This document shows positions 47,196-56,261 of a DNA stretch of 64,000 nucleotides, one piece after another (position 1 is the stretch's first letter; each line of letters opens with the position of its first letter). The position numbers were made by a program, and so were the translations under genes. The DNA comes from Candidatus Woesearchaeota archaeon. Lineage in GTDB: Archaea > Nanobdellota > Nanobdellia > Woesearchaeales > JACPBO01. Below the pieces are notes generated by a model, which was not told the DNA's origin, ran no database searches, and saw only the letters and a list, made by a program, of their open reading frames with translations. Location: positions 522,160 to 586,159 of the forward strand of contig JAUSCS010000006.1 of assembly GCA_030651135.1 (NCBI GenBank). Direction: 5' to 3'.

Positions 47196-47216
47196 GTTGT
47201 ACCATCATAGTACAAC
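47196..47216. promoter_or_regulatory. Inverted repeat GTTGTAC-N7-GTACAAC; candidate TrmB operator
   Basis: Perfect 7-bp inverted repeat between divergent genes. Confidence 0.55.
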
Positions 47217-47249
47217 TATAGTAAACTTTAAAAACTCCAACATATTTCA

Positions 47250-47984
47250 ATGCCCATGTTTGATGGCAATATTTTAAAAAGTGCAGGACTTACCGAGAAT
47301 GAAACCGAGGTTTATGTCATATTATTGCAGTTAAACGAATGTTTGGCTTCAGATATTGCCAGACGTACAAAAATATCCAGACCCCACGTTTATGATGCGC
47401 TAAATAAATTACTGCATAAGGGTTTGGCATCTTATGTATTGAAGAATGGTAGCAGATACTTTATGCCTACAGATCCCAATAAACTTCTAGAACATCTTAA
47501 GGACCAAGAAAAAATTCTTCAACAAAAATACCTATCTATACAATCCATAATGCCGCAACTCAAATCACTGCGCCAACCTTTGGCGAATAAGCCGCTAGTT
47601 GAAGTCTTGGAAGGTAGTGAGGGCATTAAGACTATACTCAATGATATAATCAAGACTGGAAAAGAGATGTTGGCTTTTAATACTCTAGGCGAGGAATTTA
47701 AGAAGTATGTTCCAGAACACTTCCTTAAACGGTATTTTATTGAACGTGAAAAATATCATATTAGATCTAGGCAATTCTATGTCGAGGGTGCCCAAATATA
47801 TCGGCATACCATGGTTACTTACAAAAAATTGCAACAATCCTTTAATCCAGTAGCATTATTTGTTTATGGCAATAAGGTTGTAATGTTTGTACTGACAGAT
47901 ACGCCATTAACTATAAGAATAGAAAGCAAGGATGTTGCCAAACTGTATAAAGAACAATTTGAAAAGATGTGGAAAGAACTCTGA
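47250..47984 (+). CDS. TrmB-family transcriptional regulator
   Basis: AGLTENETEVY wHTH, EGSEGIKT linker. Confidence 0.88.
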   Translation: MPMFDGNILKSAGLTENETEVYVILLQLNECLASDIARRTKISRPHVYDALNKLLHKGLASYVLKNGSRYFMPTDPNKLLEHLKDQEKILQQKYLSIQSIMPQLKSLRQPLANKPLVEVLEGSEGIKTILNDIIKTGKEMLAFNTLGEEFKKYVPEHFLKRYFIEREKYHIRSRQFYVEGAQIYRHTMVTYKKLQQSFNPVALFVYGNKVVMFVLTDTPLTIRIESKDVAKLYKEQFEKMWKEL

Positions 47985-48024
47985 TTGCTTTTTTAATTAA
48001 AAAAGAAAAAATAAAATAATAAAC

Positions 48025-48177
48025 TTATGCCTTTCCTAGAATCCTGCACACTGTTGTTGTGCATTTAGGGCATTTGCCTTTCAGGATCTTCTTTTTATTC
48101 GAAGTAACAGACTCTTTTCCGCCTTGTATATCCACTTTCTTTTTGCACTTCACGCAATATCCTTGAATTCCAGCCAT
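48025..48177 (-). CDS. Small basic Zn-ribbon protein (DUF5679-like, 50 aa; not in the ORF track)
   Basis: MAGIQGYCVKCKKKV...GKCPKCTTTVCRILGKA; GAGGTGA SD upstream. Confidence 0.8.
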   Translation of the reverse strand: MAGIQGYCVKCKKKVDIQGGKESVTSNKKKILKGKCPKCTTTVCRILGKA

Positions 48178-48372
48178 TTTATTCACCTCAATATTTAGAT
48201 TTTAAAGCCAATATACAGCTTAGCAACTTAAAAATACCCATTATTTATAAATCTTTGGGAAAGTAAAGTATAAAGTGGCATTTTTCATGCAGTATTATGG
48301 TACTTTGTAACATCACCTTGCAAAAAAATAAATCTTTATATATTAGTGGATAATTAGAAGCCTTGGGGGAAA

Positions 48373-49002
48373 ATGGAAAGCGATAAGGAAGTTATTATAA
48401 CTCTTGAAACTCTGTTCGATCTTCTCAGAAGGGAAAAGGAAAGAGAGGACTTGCAGAAGTTGGACGATTCTTTCTTCGGAGACGTTGTGAATTATCTGAA
48501 GGATAAAAGGCAGATAATGCTTAAAGCAGAAAGCGAACTGTTTGCTGAAGAGGAAAAAGAGAAGACAACCAAGCAGCTTGCAAACTTAAGCAAGATATTA
48601 AGAGAGTTCTATGAGAGAAGGGAGAAGAAGATAATAAGCATGGCATTGGCCAAATCAAGGATTAAATCCAGCCTGATAGACGCTTCAGCGTTTTTGGATG
48701 AAGAAAAGATGCTTTTCGACCAGCTTTTGCTTGTCTTTGACAATTTCAGGGATAAAGTGCTCTTTAGCGTTCTTAATGAAAAACTGCCTTTGTTTGAGCA
48801 TGCCAAAGAAGAACCTGAAAAAAAAGAAATTCAGGCTAAAGAAACAAAAACAATAAGGTTCCTAAGCTCTGTGCCGAAGTTTGTTGGAAAAGAGCTTGAA
48901 GTTTACGGCCCCTTTGAAGAGGAGAATATTGCAAACCTTCCTTCAGAAATTGCAGATCTTCTTATAAGCAAGGGGAGGGCTGAAGAGATTGAAGGAGAAT
49001 GA
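48373..49002 (+). CDS. DNA replication factor GINS (Gins15/51)
   Basis: LRREK....LQKLD..FF A-domain; C-terminal B-domain VPKFVG....YGPF. Confidence 0.85.
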   Translation: MESDKEVIITLETLFDLLRREKEREDLQKLDDSFFGDVVNYLKDKRQIMLKAESELFAEEEKEKTTKQLANLSKILREFYERREKKIISMALAKSRIKSSLIDASAFLDEEKMLFDQLLLVFDNFRDKVLFSVLNEKLPLFEHAKEEPEKKEIQAKETKTIRFLSSVPKFVGKELEVYGPFEEENIANLPSEIADLLISKGRAEEIEGE

Positions 49003-50663
49003 AAAGAAAAGACATTCCTGTTTTGATGTACCACGAAATAGCGCCTGTTATAAAGAACAAGTGGACAATCTCGCCATCAATGTTCAGGGAGCAGATCAAC
49101 TATCTTGTCAAAAACAAATTTCAGGCAATAACCCCTGACGATATTTACGAATTTCTTGTAAACAACAAAAACCTTCCTGAAAAGCCAATAATGCTGACTT
49201 TCGATGACGGAAGGGAAGGCACAAAAAAATATGCAGCTCCATTGCTTGAAGAAAACAACTTTAATGCGGTTTTTTACATCACCTCAGACTGGGCAGATGG
49301 AAAGAACATTCCGGAGAGCGAAGCATATTCTGCTTTTATGAGCTGGAATGATATACAAGAGCTGTCTGAAAAAGGTTTTGTTATTGGCTGCCATGGAAAA
49401 ACCCATAACGATCTGACAAAATCAGATGAAAACAGCTTAAATGATGAAATAAAAAATTCAAAAAATATCATCGAAGAAAAAATAAACAAAAAAGTTGAAG
49501 ATTTTTCTTATCCCTATGGCCTTTTCAATGAGAATGTTGTTAAAAAAGTAGAAGAATCAGGCTATAAGACTGCTGTTACAATAAGAAGCACACTGAACAA
49601 TAAATTTCTGCCGCCATTAGAGCTATCCAGAAGATGGGTAACAAATGATGTTTTTCTTGGAAAATTCATAAAATTGCTGGCAACCCCTACTTTAAGCGCC
49701 TGCATGATTGTAAAAAATGAAGAAAACGTTATTAAAAGATGCCTGGACAGCATCAAAGATATTGCTGACGAAATAATCGTTGTTGATACAGGCTCAGAAG
49801 ATAAAACAATTGAGATTGCAGAAAGTTTTGGCGCAAAAATAATAAAGCACGAGTGGAAAAATGATTTCAGCGAAGCAAGGAATGCTTATCTGCAGAGTGC
49901 AGCATCAGACTGGATATTGACAATAGATGCCGATGAGGTTATTGACAGGAAAGATCTGCTGAACATAAAAAGAATAATGGAATTCGAGGATTTTGATGCC
50001 TTCAGGCTCATGTTATTTAATTATTCCAATAATGAAAACGATGTCGGCTGGGTGAAATTAAGCGAAAAAAGAGAAGGCTATTCAGGATATCTGCCAATAG
50101 AGCTTGCAAGATTGTTCAGGAATAATAAAAAATACAGATATGAAGGGGCAGTCCATGAAGCAATTGAAAATTCCATTATGAAGAATAAAGGCAGAATATC
50201 GAGCATAGACATCCCAATACACCATTTTGGGGGCTTTGATGAAACACTGAAAGAAAAGCAGTTGAAATATCTGGAATATTCTAAAAAAAGGCTGGAAAAA
50301 AACCCAAAAGATGTAAAGGCATGCTGCGACATTGCGCTGATAAATTTTAAATTCTTAAACAACACTGAAGAAGCAATAAAGAGTTTAAGCAGGGCAGTAG
50401 AAGCTGATAAAAAGTACATAAGATCCTACATCATCCTTGGCGAAATCTATGTTCATCTGAAAAAATACGAAGACGCAATTTCGTGCTATGAAAAAATCAT
50501 CAAAATTGACAATAAAAACAGCGATGCTTATTTCAATTTGGGGCAGGTTTATTTTGAATTAAAAAAATACAAAGAATCTGGTGAATTCTACAAGAAAGCC
50601 CTGGAATTCGGATGCATTCATTCAGAAGAGATATATCGCAGGCTAAAAGCCATCAGCGCTTAA
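48999..50663 (+). CDS. Polysaccharide deacetylase + GT2 glycosyltransferase + TPR fusion
   Basis: LMYH, TFDDG, HGKTH, YPYG; CMIVKNEE, DTGS.D, DADE; C-terminal TPRs. Confidence 0.87.
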   Translation: MKRKDIPVLMYHEIAPVIKNKWTISPSMFREQINYLVKNKFQAITPDDIYEFLVNNKNLPEKPIMLTFDDGREGTKKYAAPLLEENNFNAVFYITSDWADGKNIPESEAYSAFMSWNDIQELSEKGFVIGCHGKTHNDLTKSDENSLNDEIKNSKNIIEEKINKKVEDFSYPYGLFNENVVKKVEESGYKTAVTIRSTLNNKFLPPLELSRRWVTNDVFLGKFIKLLATPTLSACMIVKNEENVIKRCLDSIKDIADEIIVVDTGSEDKTIEIAESFGAKIIKHEWKNDFSEARNAYLQSAASDWILTIDADEVIDRKDLLNIKRIMEFEDFDAFRLMLFNYSNNENDVGWVKLSEKREGYSGYLPIELARLFRNNKKYRYEGAVHEAIENSIMKNKGRISSIDIPIHHFGGFDETLKEKQLKYLEYSKKRLEKNPKDVKACCDIALINFKFLNNTEEAIKSLSRAVEADKKYIRSYIILGEIYVHLKKYEDAISCYEKIIKIDNKNSDAYFNLGQVYFELKKYKESGEFYKKALEFGCIHSEEIYRRLKAISA

Positions 50664-50704
50664 ACAACAAAAGGTTTTTAAATAGTCCGCAATTTCTTTG
50701 AAGC

Positions 50705-51016
50705 ATGAAGCTGCCAAAAACAACAAAGCGCTACTGCCCTTATTGCAAAAAGCATACAGAGCATGCTATAATCTTCGGCAAGAAGAGAAGCCCGTCTTCA
50801 ATGTCCTATGGTTCTAAGTACAGAGCCAGAAAAAGAGGCCAGGCAAGAGGCCATGGCAATCTTGGCCGTTATTCAAAGCCCGCTGTCACAAAATTCAAGA
50901 TGACAGGCAAGAAGCAGACAAAGAAGACTGATCTGAGATACGAATGCAAGGTCTGCAAGAAGCAGCATGTCCAGAAGAAGGGAATAAGGGCCAAAAAAGT
51001 GGAATTCAAGCAATAA
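50705..51016 (+). CDS. rpl44e: 50S ribosomal protein L44e
   Basis: YCPYCKKHTEH, KQTKK.DLRYECKVC. Confidence 0.95.
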   Translation: MKLPKTTKRYCPYCKKHTEHAIIFGKKRSPSSMSYGSKYRARKRGQARGHGNLGRYSKPAVTKFKMTGKKQTKKTDLRYECKVCKKQHVQKKGIRAKKVEFKQ

Positions 51017-51077
51017 GTTCGAAAACTATATAAATAGCTCTCTTTTTTCTCTTTTCAATATCGAGGGGGTTTTAAAC

Positions 51078-51260
51078 ATGAAACTAAAAGAGCCAACAAG
51101 CAAATTCATAAAAATAAGATGCGCCAAATGCAAGAATGAGCAGATATGCTTTGGAAAGGCAACTTCTGTTGTCAACTGCCTTGTCTGCGGTAAGCCATTG
51201 ATAGAGCCGACTGGAGGCAAGACGCGTGTAAAAGGCCGCGTTCTAGAGGTGCTGGAGTAA
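51078..51260 (+). CDS. rps27e: 30S ribosomal protein S27e
   Basis: SKF.K.RC.KC.NEQ..F..A...V.C..CG..L.EPTGGK. Confidence 0.95.
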   Translation: MKLKEPTSKFIKIRCAKCKNEQICFGKATSVVNCLVCGKPLIEPTGGKTRVKGRVLEVLE

Positions 51261-52033
51261 TGTTTTTCAAAAAAACAGGTTTTCCCGAAGAGGATGAACT
51301 CGTTTTATGCACTGTAACTGACATCCAATATCATTCTGTTTTCTGCGGCCTTGATGAATATGGAAGAATGGGCATGATTCATATTTCAGAAGTTGCTCCT
51401 GGAAGAATAAGGAACATCTACGATTTTGTAAAGAAGGACAAAAAAGTTGTCTGCAAAGTACTGAGAATTGACTCAGAAAAAGGCCATATTGACCTTTCTT
51501 TAAGAAGAGTCACAGAAACTCAAAAGAAAAACAAGCTGGACCAGGTCAAAAAAGAGCAGCTGGCTGAAAAGATAATCGAGCAGGCTGCAAAAGAGCTGAG
51601 CATCGATGTTACAAAATTATATGATTCAATTGCAGGCATTATTCTTAAAAAATATTCCCGTATCTATGCCTGCTTTTATGACATTGTTGAAGGCAAAACA
51701 AGCTTGGAATTATTGGGCATTGAGAAAAAAACTGCAAAGAGCTTGGAAGAGCTTGTAAAATCAAGAATAAAAAAACAGCAGGTTGCAATAAACGGAGAGC
51801 TTATGCTGAAAAGCTACCAGCCGAATGGGATCGAAATAGTAAAAGATGCCTTAAAAAATGCAAAGATATCTGACAAGCTCACAATAAGATACAAGGGAGG
51901 CGGCAAATATGTTGTTGATGTAAATGCCGATGATTACAAGGAAGCTGAGAACCTGCTTAACACGGCAATGGATAATGCTACATCATTTATCAAGAAAAAG
52001 AATGGCGAAGGTGCATTCGTCAGAATAAAATGA
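51260..52033 (+). CDS. eif2a: Translation initiation factor aIF-2 alpha
   Basis: S1 domain (IHISEV, KGHIDLSLRRV); conserved operon position. Confidence 0.93.
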   Translation: MFFKKTGFPEEDELVLCTVTDIQYHSVFCGLDEYGRMGMIHISEVAPGRIRNIYDFVKKDKKVVCKVLRIDSEKGHIDLSLRRVTETQKKNKLDQVKKEQLAEKIIEQAAKELSIDVTKLYDSIAGIILKKYSRIYACFYDIVEGKTSLELLGIEKKTAKSLEELVKSRIKKQQVAINGELMLKSYQPNGIEIVKDALKNAKISDKLTIRYKGGGKYVVDVNADDYKEAENLLNTAMDNATSFIKKKNGEGAFVRIK

Positions 52034-52206
52034 GTGCGCATATTTTGAAATGCATTGGATGCGGAAAATATACATTAAAAGAAGTTTGCGATTGCGGCGG
52101 CAAGGCAGTAAGCGCAAGGCCGCCAAAATATTCTCCTGAAGACAAGTATGGGGAATACAGGCGAAAGGCAAAAAAAGAAGAGTTTGAGAAAAAGGGGCTG
52201 GTATGA
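52030..52206 (+). CDS. nop10: H/ACA RNP protein Nop10 (not in the ORF track)
   Basis: MSAHILKCIGCGKYTLKEVCDCGG....PPKYSPEDKYGEYRR. Confidence 0.92.
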   Translation: MSAHILKCIGCGKYTLKEVCDCGGKAVSARPPKYSPEDKYGEYRRKAKKEEFEKKGLV

Positions 52207-52997
52207 TGTGGGAGATTAAAAAGGTTGCAGCAATTCCGAAGCTCAACAATCCTATTCTGATAGAAGGCATGCCCGGCATCGGCAATGTCGGAAAAATAGC
52301 AGAGGATTTTCTGATAGATGACCTCAAGGCAAAAAAAGCCTACGATTTCTTCTCTTATGATTTTCCCCATTCTGTTTTTGTGAATGAAGACAATCTTGTC
52401 GAGCTGCCCAAAATAGGCATGTATTATAAAAAGTTCAATGATAAAAGGAACGATCTTCTGCTTCTGGGAGGCGATATACAGCCTGTCAACGAAGGGGCAT
52501 GTTTTGAGTTCTGCGACAAAGTGCTTGACATAATTGAAAAGAACAATGTAAAGGAAATAATAACTCTTGGCGGGATTGGCCTGCAGTCTGCCCCTAAAAA
52601 ATCAAAAGTTTATTGCACTGGCAATTCAAAGGAAATAATAAAGAAATACAAAGAAGGCGTTGATGTCGAAGACAAGATTTACGGCACTGTCGGCCCGATA
52701 ATCGGCGTATCAGGCGTTTTGCTTGGCATGGCTAAAAGAAGAAACATAAATGCTGTTACTTTCCTTGCTGAAACATTTGGCCATCCAATGCATATAGGCA
52801 TCAAAGAAAGCCAGGAGATATTGAAAGTCCTTGATAAAAAACTGAAACTCGGCCTTAATTTGAAAAAGCTTGAAAAAGACATAAATAACCTTGAAAAAGA
52901 GATGATTCAGAAGACAAAAAATTTAAGCGAAGCTATAAAGCAGACAAGCTTAAAGGGGATGAAAAGCAAGTTCAAGGACACTAATTATATCGGATAA
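52203..52997 (+). CDS. PAC2-family proteasome assembly chaperone
   Basis: EGMPGIGNVGK, GDIQP, ITLGG, C-terminal YIG. Confidence 0.9.
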   Translation: MMWEIKKVAAIPKLNNPILIEGMPGIGNVGKIAEDFLIDDLKAKKAYDFFSYDFPHSVFVNEDNLVELPKIGMYYKKFNDKRNDLLLLGGDIQPVNEGACFEFCDKVLDIIEKNNVKEIITLGGIGLQSAPKKSKVYCTGNSKEIIKKYKEGVDVEDKIYGTVGPIIGVSGVLLGMAKRRNINAVTFLAETFGHPMHIGIKESQEILKVLDKKLKLGLNLKKLEKDINNLEKEMIQKTKNLSEAIKQTSLKGMKSKFKDTNYIG

Positions 52998-53022
52998 TTA
53001 AATTTCATAAAAAGGTGATAAT

Positions 53023-54384
53023 ATGGCGAATGAAATTAAGGCAATAAAGGCAAGAGAAATACTAAGTTCTGGCTCAACTCCATCAATTGAAGTTAAATGC
53101 GAATTGGAATCAGGCGCTGTTGGCATAGCTTCTGTCCCTTACGGTGCTTCTGCTGGAATTCATGAGGCTTTTGTTCTTTTAGACGGGGACAAGAAAAGAT
53201 ATGATGGAAAAGGGATGCTCAAGGCTGTTGAAAATGTAAATGTAAAAATAGCATCTGTACTAAAAGGCAAAGATGCTTCAAATCAGCTTGAAATAGACAA
53301 GACAATGATTAAATTAGACGGCAGCGAGAATAAGAAAAATCTGGGAGCTAATGCAATACTTGGTGTGAGTGTGGCTGTAGCAAGGGCAATGGCTAATGAA
53401 AAAAAAGTGCCTCTTTATAAATATATAAGAGAAGCGTTTAAGCTGGATATAAAAGATTGGAGACTGCCAAATCCTATGATGGTGGTTATTGAAGGCGGAA
53501 AGCATGCAGATAAATCAACCGACTTCCAGGAGTATATGGTTTCTCCAATAGGCGGCCGGTCTGTGAAAGAGAATGTAAGAGCCGGGATTGAAGTTTATTT
53601 GCAGTTAAAAAAAGTTTTCAAGGAAATCGGGCTTAACACAAATGTTGGGAATGAGGGGGCCTTTGCAACATCTTTAAATATCAAACAGCCAGATGTAACA
53701 ATAACAGGAGCATTTGCTCCAGCATCAATGGGATCTAATGAGATGCCTTTTGATCTTATCTTAAAAGCAATAAAAGACGCAGGCCACCAGGCAGGCAAGG
53801 ACGTTGCTATTTCCATAGACCCGGCCGTCTCTGAACTATTTGACAAAGAAAAAGGGAAGTATGTTCTTAATAATGAAGGCGGCAAAGAGTTTACTTCAGA
53901 AGAGCTTATCGATTATTTCTCAAGATGGATTGAAAAATACCCAATAATTACATTAGAAGATGGTTTAAGTGAAGATGATTGGGATGGCTGGGTAAAATTA
54001 ACAAAAAAATTAGGAAATAAAATATCTGTTATTGGTGATGATCTTACAGTAACCAATTCAAAAAGACTGCAAAAAGCCATTGATATGAAAGCAATGAATG
54101 CAATTTTGATAAAATTAAATCAAATAGGAACATTATCAGAGACTATTGAGTGTTGTATGCTGGCGAGAAAACATGGCTTTATGACAGTTATAAGCCATCG
54201 TGGCGGCGGTGAAACAAATGATACAGCAATGGTTGATCTGGCTGTCGCTGTTAACTCTGGCTTTATCAAGGTAGGTCCTTCTCGTGGGGAAAGAGTGGAA
54301 AAATACAACAGATTAATGGAAATAGAGGACGAATTAGGAAGCAAAGCAAAAGTGGCAGGAAAGGATTTTAGGAAGATTGTCTGA
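53023..54384 (+). CDS. eno: Enolase
   Basis: GAS.G.HEA, LGANAILGVS, GDDLTVTN, KLNQIGT, SHR. Confidence 0.95.
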   Translation: MANEIKAIKAREILSSGSTPSIEVKCELESGAVGIASVPYGASAGIHEAFVLLDGDKKRYDGKGMLKAVENVNVKIASVLKGKDASNQLEIDKTMIKLDGSENKKNLGANAILGVSVAVARAMANEKKVPLYKYIREAFKLDIKDWRLPNPMMVVIEGGKHADKSTDFQEYMVSPIGGRSVKENVRAGIEVYLQLKKVFKEIGLNTNVGNEGAFATSLNIKQPDVTITGAFAPASMGSNEMPFDLILKAIKDAGHQAGKDVAISIDPAVSELFDKEKGKYVLNNEGGKEFTSEELIDYFSRWIEKYPIITLEDGLSEDDWDGWVKLTKKLGNKISVIGDDLTVTNSKRLQKAIDMKAMNAILIKLNQIGTLSETIECCMLARKHGFMTVISHRGGGETNDTAMVDLAVAVNSGFIKVGPSRGERVEKYNRLMEIEDELGSKAKVAGKDFRKIV

Positions 54385-54462
54385 TTTCTTTATTGTTTGC
54401 ACATTGAACAAAAGTTTTATATATTAAACATCTCGTAAAAGCAGGATATAGGAGGCGCATAG

Positions 54463-55125
54463 ATGAAATTGAAGATTTATATTTTTAGGCATGCTCAGAC
54501 ATACTATAATAGAAGGCATTATTTTACAGGCTGGAAGGACTCCAAATTAACCCCGTTCGGCATAAAACAAGCCAAAGCATTAGCAAAAAAATTAAAGAAT
54601 AAAGAAATAGATGTTTCTTATCGCACTCATCTTTTACGATCGAAGGACACATTGAAAGAAATATTAAAATATCACCCTGAGTGTAAAAAAATCATTGAAG
54701 ATGACCGGATGATTGAGCGCTCATATGGTGATTTAGAGGGAAAGTCGCACAAAGAGTTCATACAAACCGAAGGCGAAGATTCTTATAAAACATTGCTGCA
54801 TTGGCATAAAATAGACCATCTGCATGGGAAAGAAAGAGAAAATTTCATTCAGCAAGTGGGGGAATCTGAGTTGCACATTATACGAAGATCTTATAGTGTT
54901 TCCCCGCCGCACGGAGAGAGCATTAAGATGGTTGAAAAACGAGTTCTGCAATTTATTAAAGATCTCTTGAAAAAAATGAAAAAAGAGAAGATTAATGTTG
55001 CCATTTCTGCCCATGGTAATTCAATGAGGCCGTTCAGAAGATATTTTGAGCATCTCAGCAAGGAAGAGATGATGAAGCTGGAAAATCCGTTTGACGATTA
55101 TTTTGAGTATGCTATCAATGCTTAA
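54463..55125 (+). CDS. gpmA: 2,3-BPG-dependent phosphoglycerate mutase
   Basis: RHAQT, FTGW.D..LT, ERSYGDLEG, AHGNS.R. Confidence 0.85.
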   Translation: MKLKIYIFRHAQTYYNRRHYFTGWKDSKLTPFGIKQAKALAKKLKNKEIDVSYRTHLLRSKDTLKEILKYHPECKKIIEDDRMIERSYGDLEGKSHKEFIQTEGEDSYKTLLHWHKIDHLHGKERENFIQQVGESELHIIRRSYSVSPPHGESIKMVEKRVLQFIKDLLKKMKKEKINVAISAHGNSMRPFRRYFEHLSKEEMMKLENPFDDYFEYAINA

Positions 55126-55188
55126 ATTAAAAAAAGACCAAGGAGTGGCAGGCGAAAGTTTAATAATGCGTTAGTTTTTCTTTATGCT

Positions 55189-55869
55189 ATGCACCTTAAC
55201 GATATCAAATCAAAAATCCCCAAAGACTTATTTAGCACGCTGGAACAGTTAGACATAAAAGAACTGCGTCCCTGCCAGGAAAAATCAATAAGCAAAGGCC
55301 TTCTTGAAGGAAAGAATCTTCTGGTTTGCACGCCAACTGCATCCGGAAAAACATTGGTTGCAGAGTTGGCTGCCATAAGCTCAATAATGGAAGGCAGGGG
55401 AAAAGCCATCTACATCGTTCCTCTGAAAGCATTGGCAAATGAAAAATTCAAAGAATTTTCAAATAAATACGGCAAATTCATTAAAATCGCATTATCAATA
55501 GGCGACATTGATTCTGCAGACTCCTATCTCATTGATTATGACTTCATAATATGCACTGCTGAAAAGCTGGATTCATTGATAAGGCATCATACTCCGTGGC
55601 TTAAGTATGTCAGAACAATCATCATAGATGAAATCCATCTGATGAATGATCCGGGCAGAGGCCCGACTTTGGAGATCCTGCTCACAATCCTGAGGGAGAT
55701 TCTGAAAAATGTGCAGCTGATCGCCCTCTCCGCAACAATAGGCAACCCGGAGGAGCTTGCAGAATGGCTCAATGCAGAACTCATCATTGACAGCTGGAGG
55801 CCTGTAGAGCTGCGCAAGGGGATTTATTTAGATGGAAAAATAGAATTTAAAGAAAAAGAAGAAAAATAA
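55189..55869 (+). CDS. Ski2/Hel308-like helicase, first RecA domain only
   Basis: PTASGKT, PLKALA, TAEK.D, DEIH, SAT, WRPV.L, then a stop codon. Confidence 0.8.
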   Translation: MHLNDIKSKIPKDLFSTLEQLDIKELRPCQEKSISKGLLEGKNLLVCTPTASGKTLVAELAAISSIMEGRGKAIYIVPLKALANEKFKEFSNKYGKFIKIALSIGDIDSADSYLIDYDFIICTAEKLDSLIRHHTPWLKYVRTIIIDEIHLMNDPGRGPTLEILLTILREILKNVQLIALSATIGNPEELAEWLNAELIIDSWRPVELRKGIYLDGKIEFKEKEEK

Positions 55870-55876
55870 CTTAGTT

Positions 55877-56116
55877 CTAGCTTGCCTGCTGCAATATCTG
55901 TATTCCTGTTACTAAAGCCCAGATCCACATTGCCACCATTAACACTAAGCCAAGCCCAAAGGCAAATATCAAAGGTATTCCAATTATGTAAAGCACAAGC
56001 TGTATCACTCCTGTTTTTGTCCTTCCTGCTATTATTGTTCCCAATCCCGGCAATATTACTATGTTTAGGATCAACCCAACTATTGCCAATGTCTTATCCG
56101 GTTTTTTATCAGCCAT
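55877..56116 (-). CDS. Small membrane protein
   Basis: ILPGLGTIIAG, 2-3 TM segments; GGAGGTG SD upstream. Confidence 0.7.
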   Translation of the reverse strand: MADKKPDKTLAIVGLILNIVILPGLGTIIAGRTKTGVIQLVLYIIGIPLIFAFGLGLVLMVAMWIWALVTGIQILQQAS

Positions 56117-56261
56117 AAATAACACCTCCGTGTTGTTTTTGTATGATTTCGATGTTTCATTATATAAATCTTTCCGAAATCAAGTCTCTCAGCGAATTTT
56201 TATGATGGTGTTTCAATACCGCACCATAACATTTATAATGGCTGAATTAAATATGCAGGAT

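Noticed and set aside
56061-56261. N-terminal extension of the YgiQ-like ORF (likewise the extensions of trmI, ftr1 and sua5 in the track)
   Set aside because: The extensions overlap divergent genes, tRNAs or promoters; downstream ATGs fit TATA spacing or gene boundaries better
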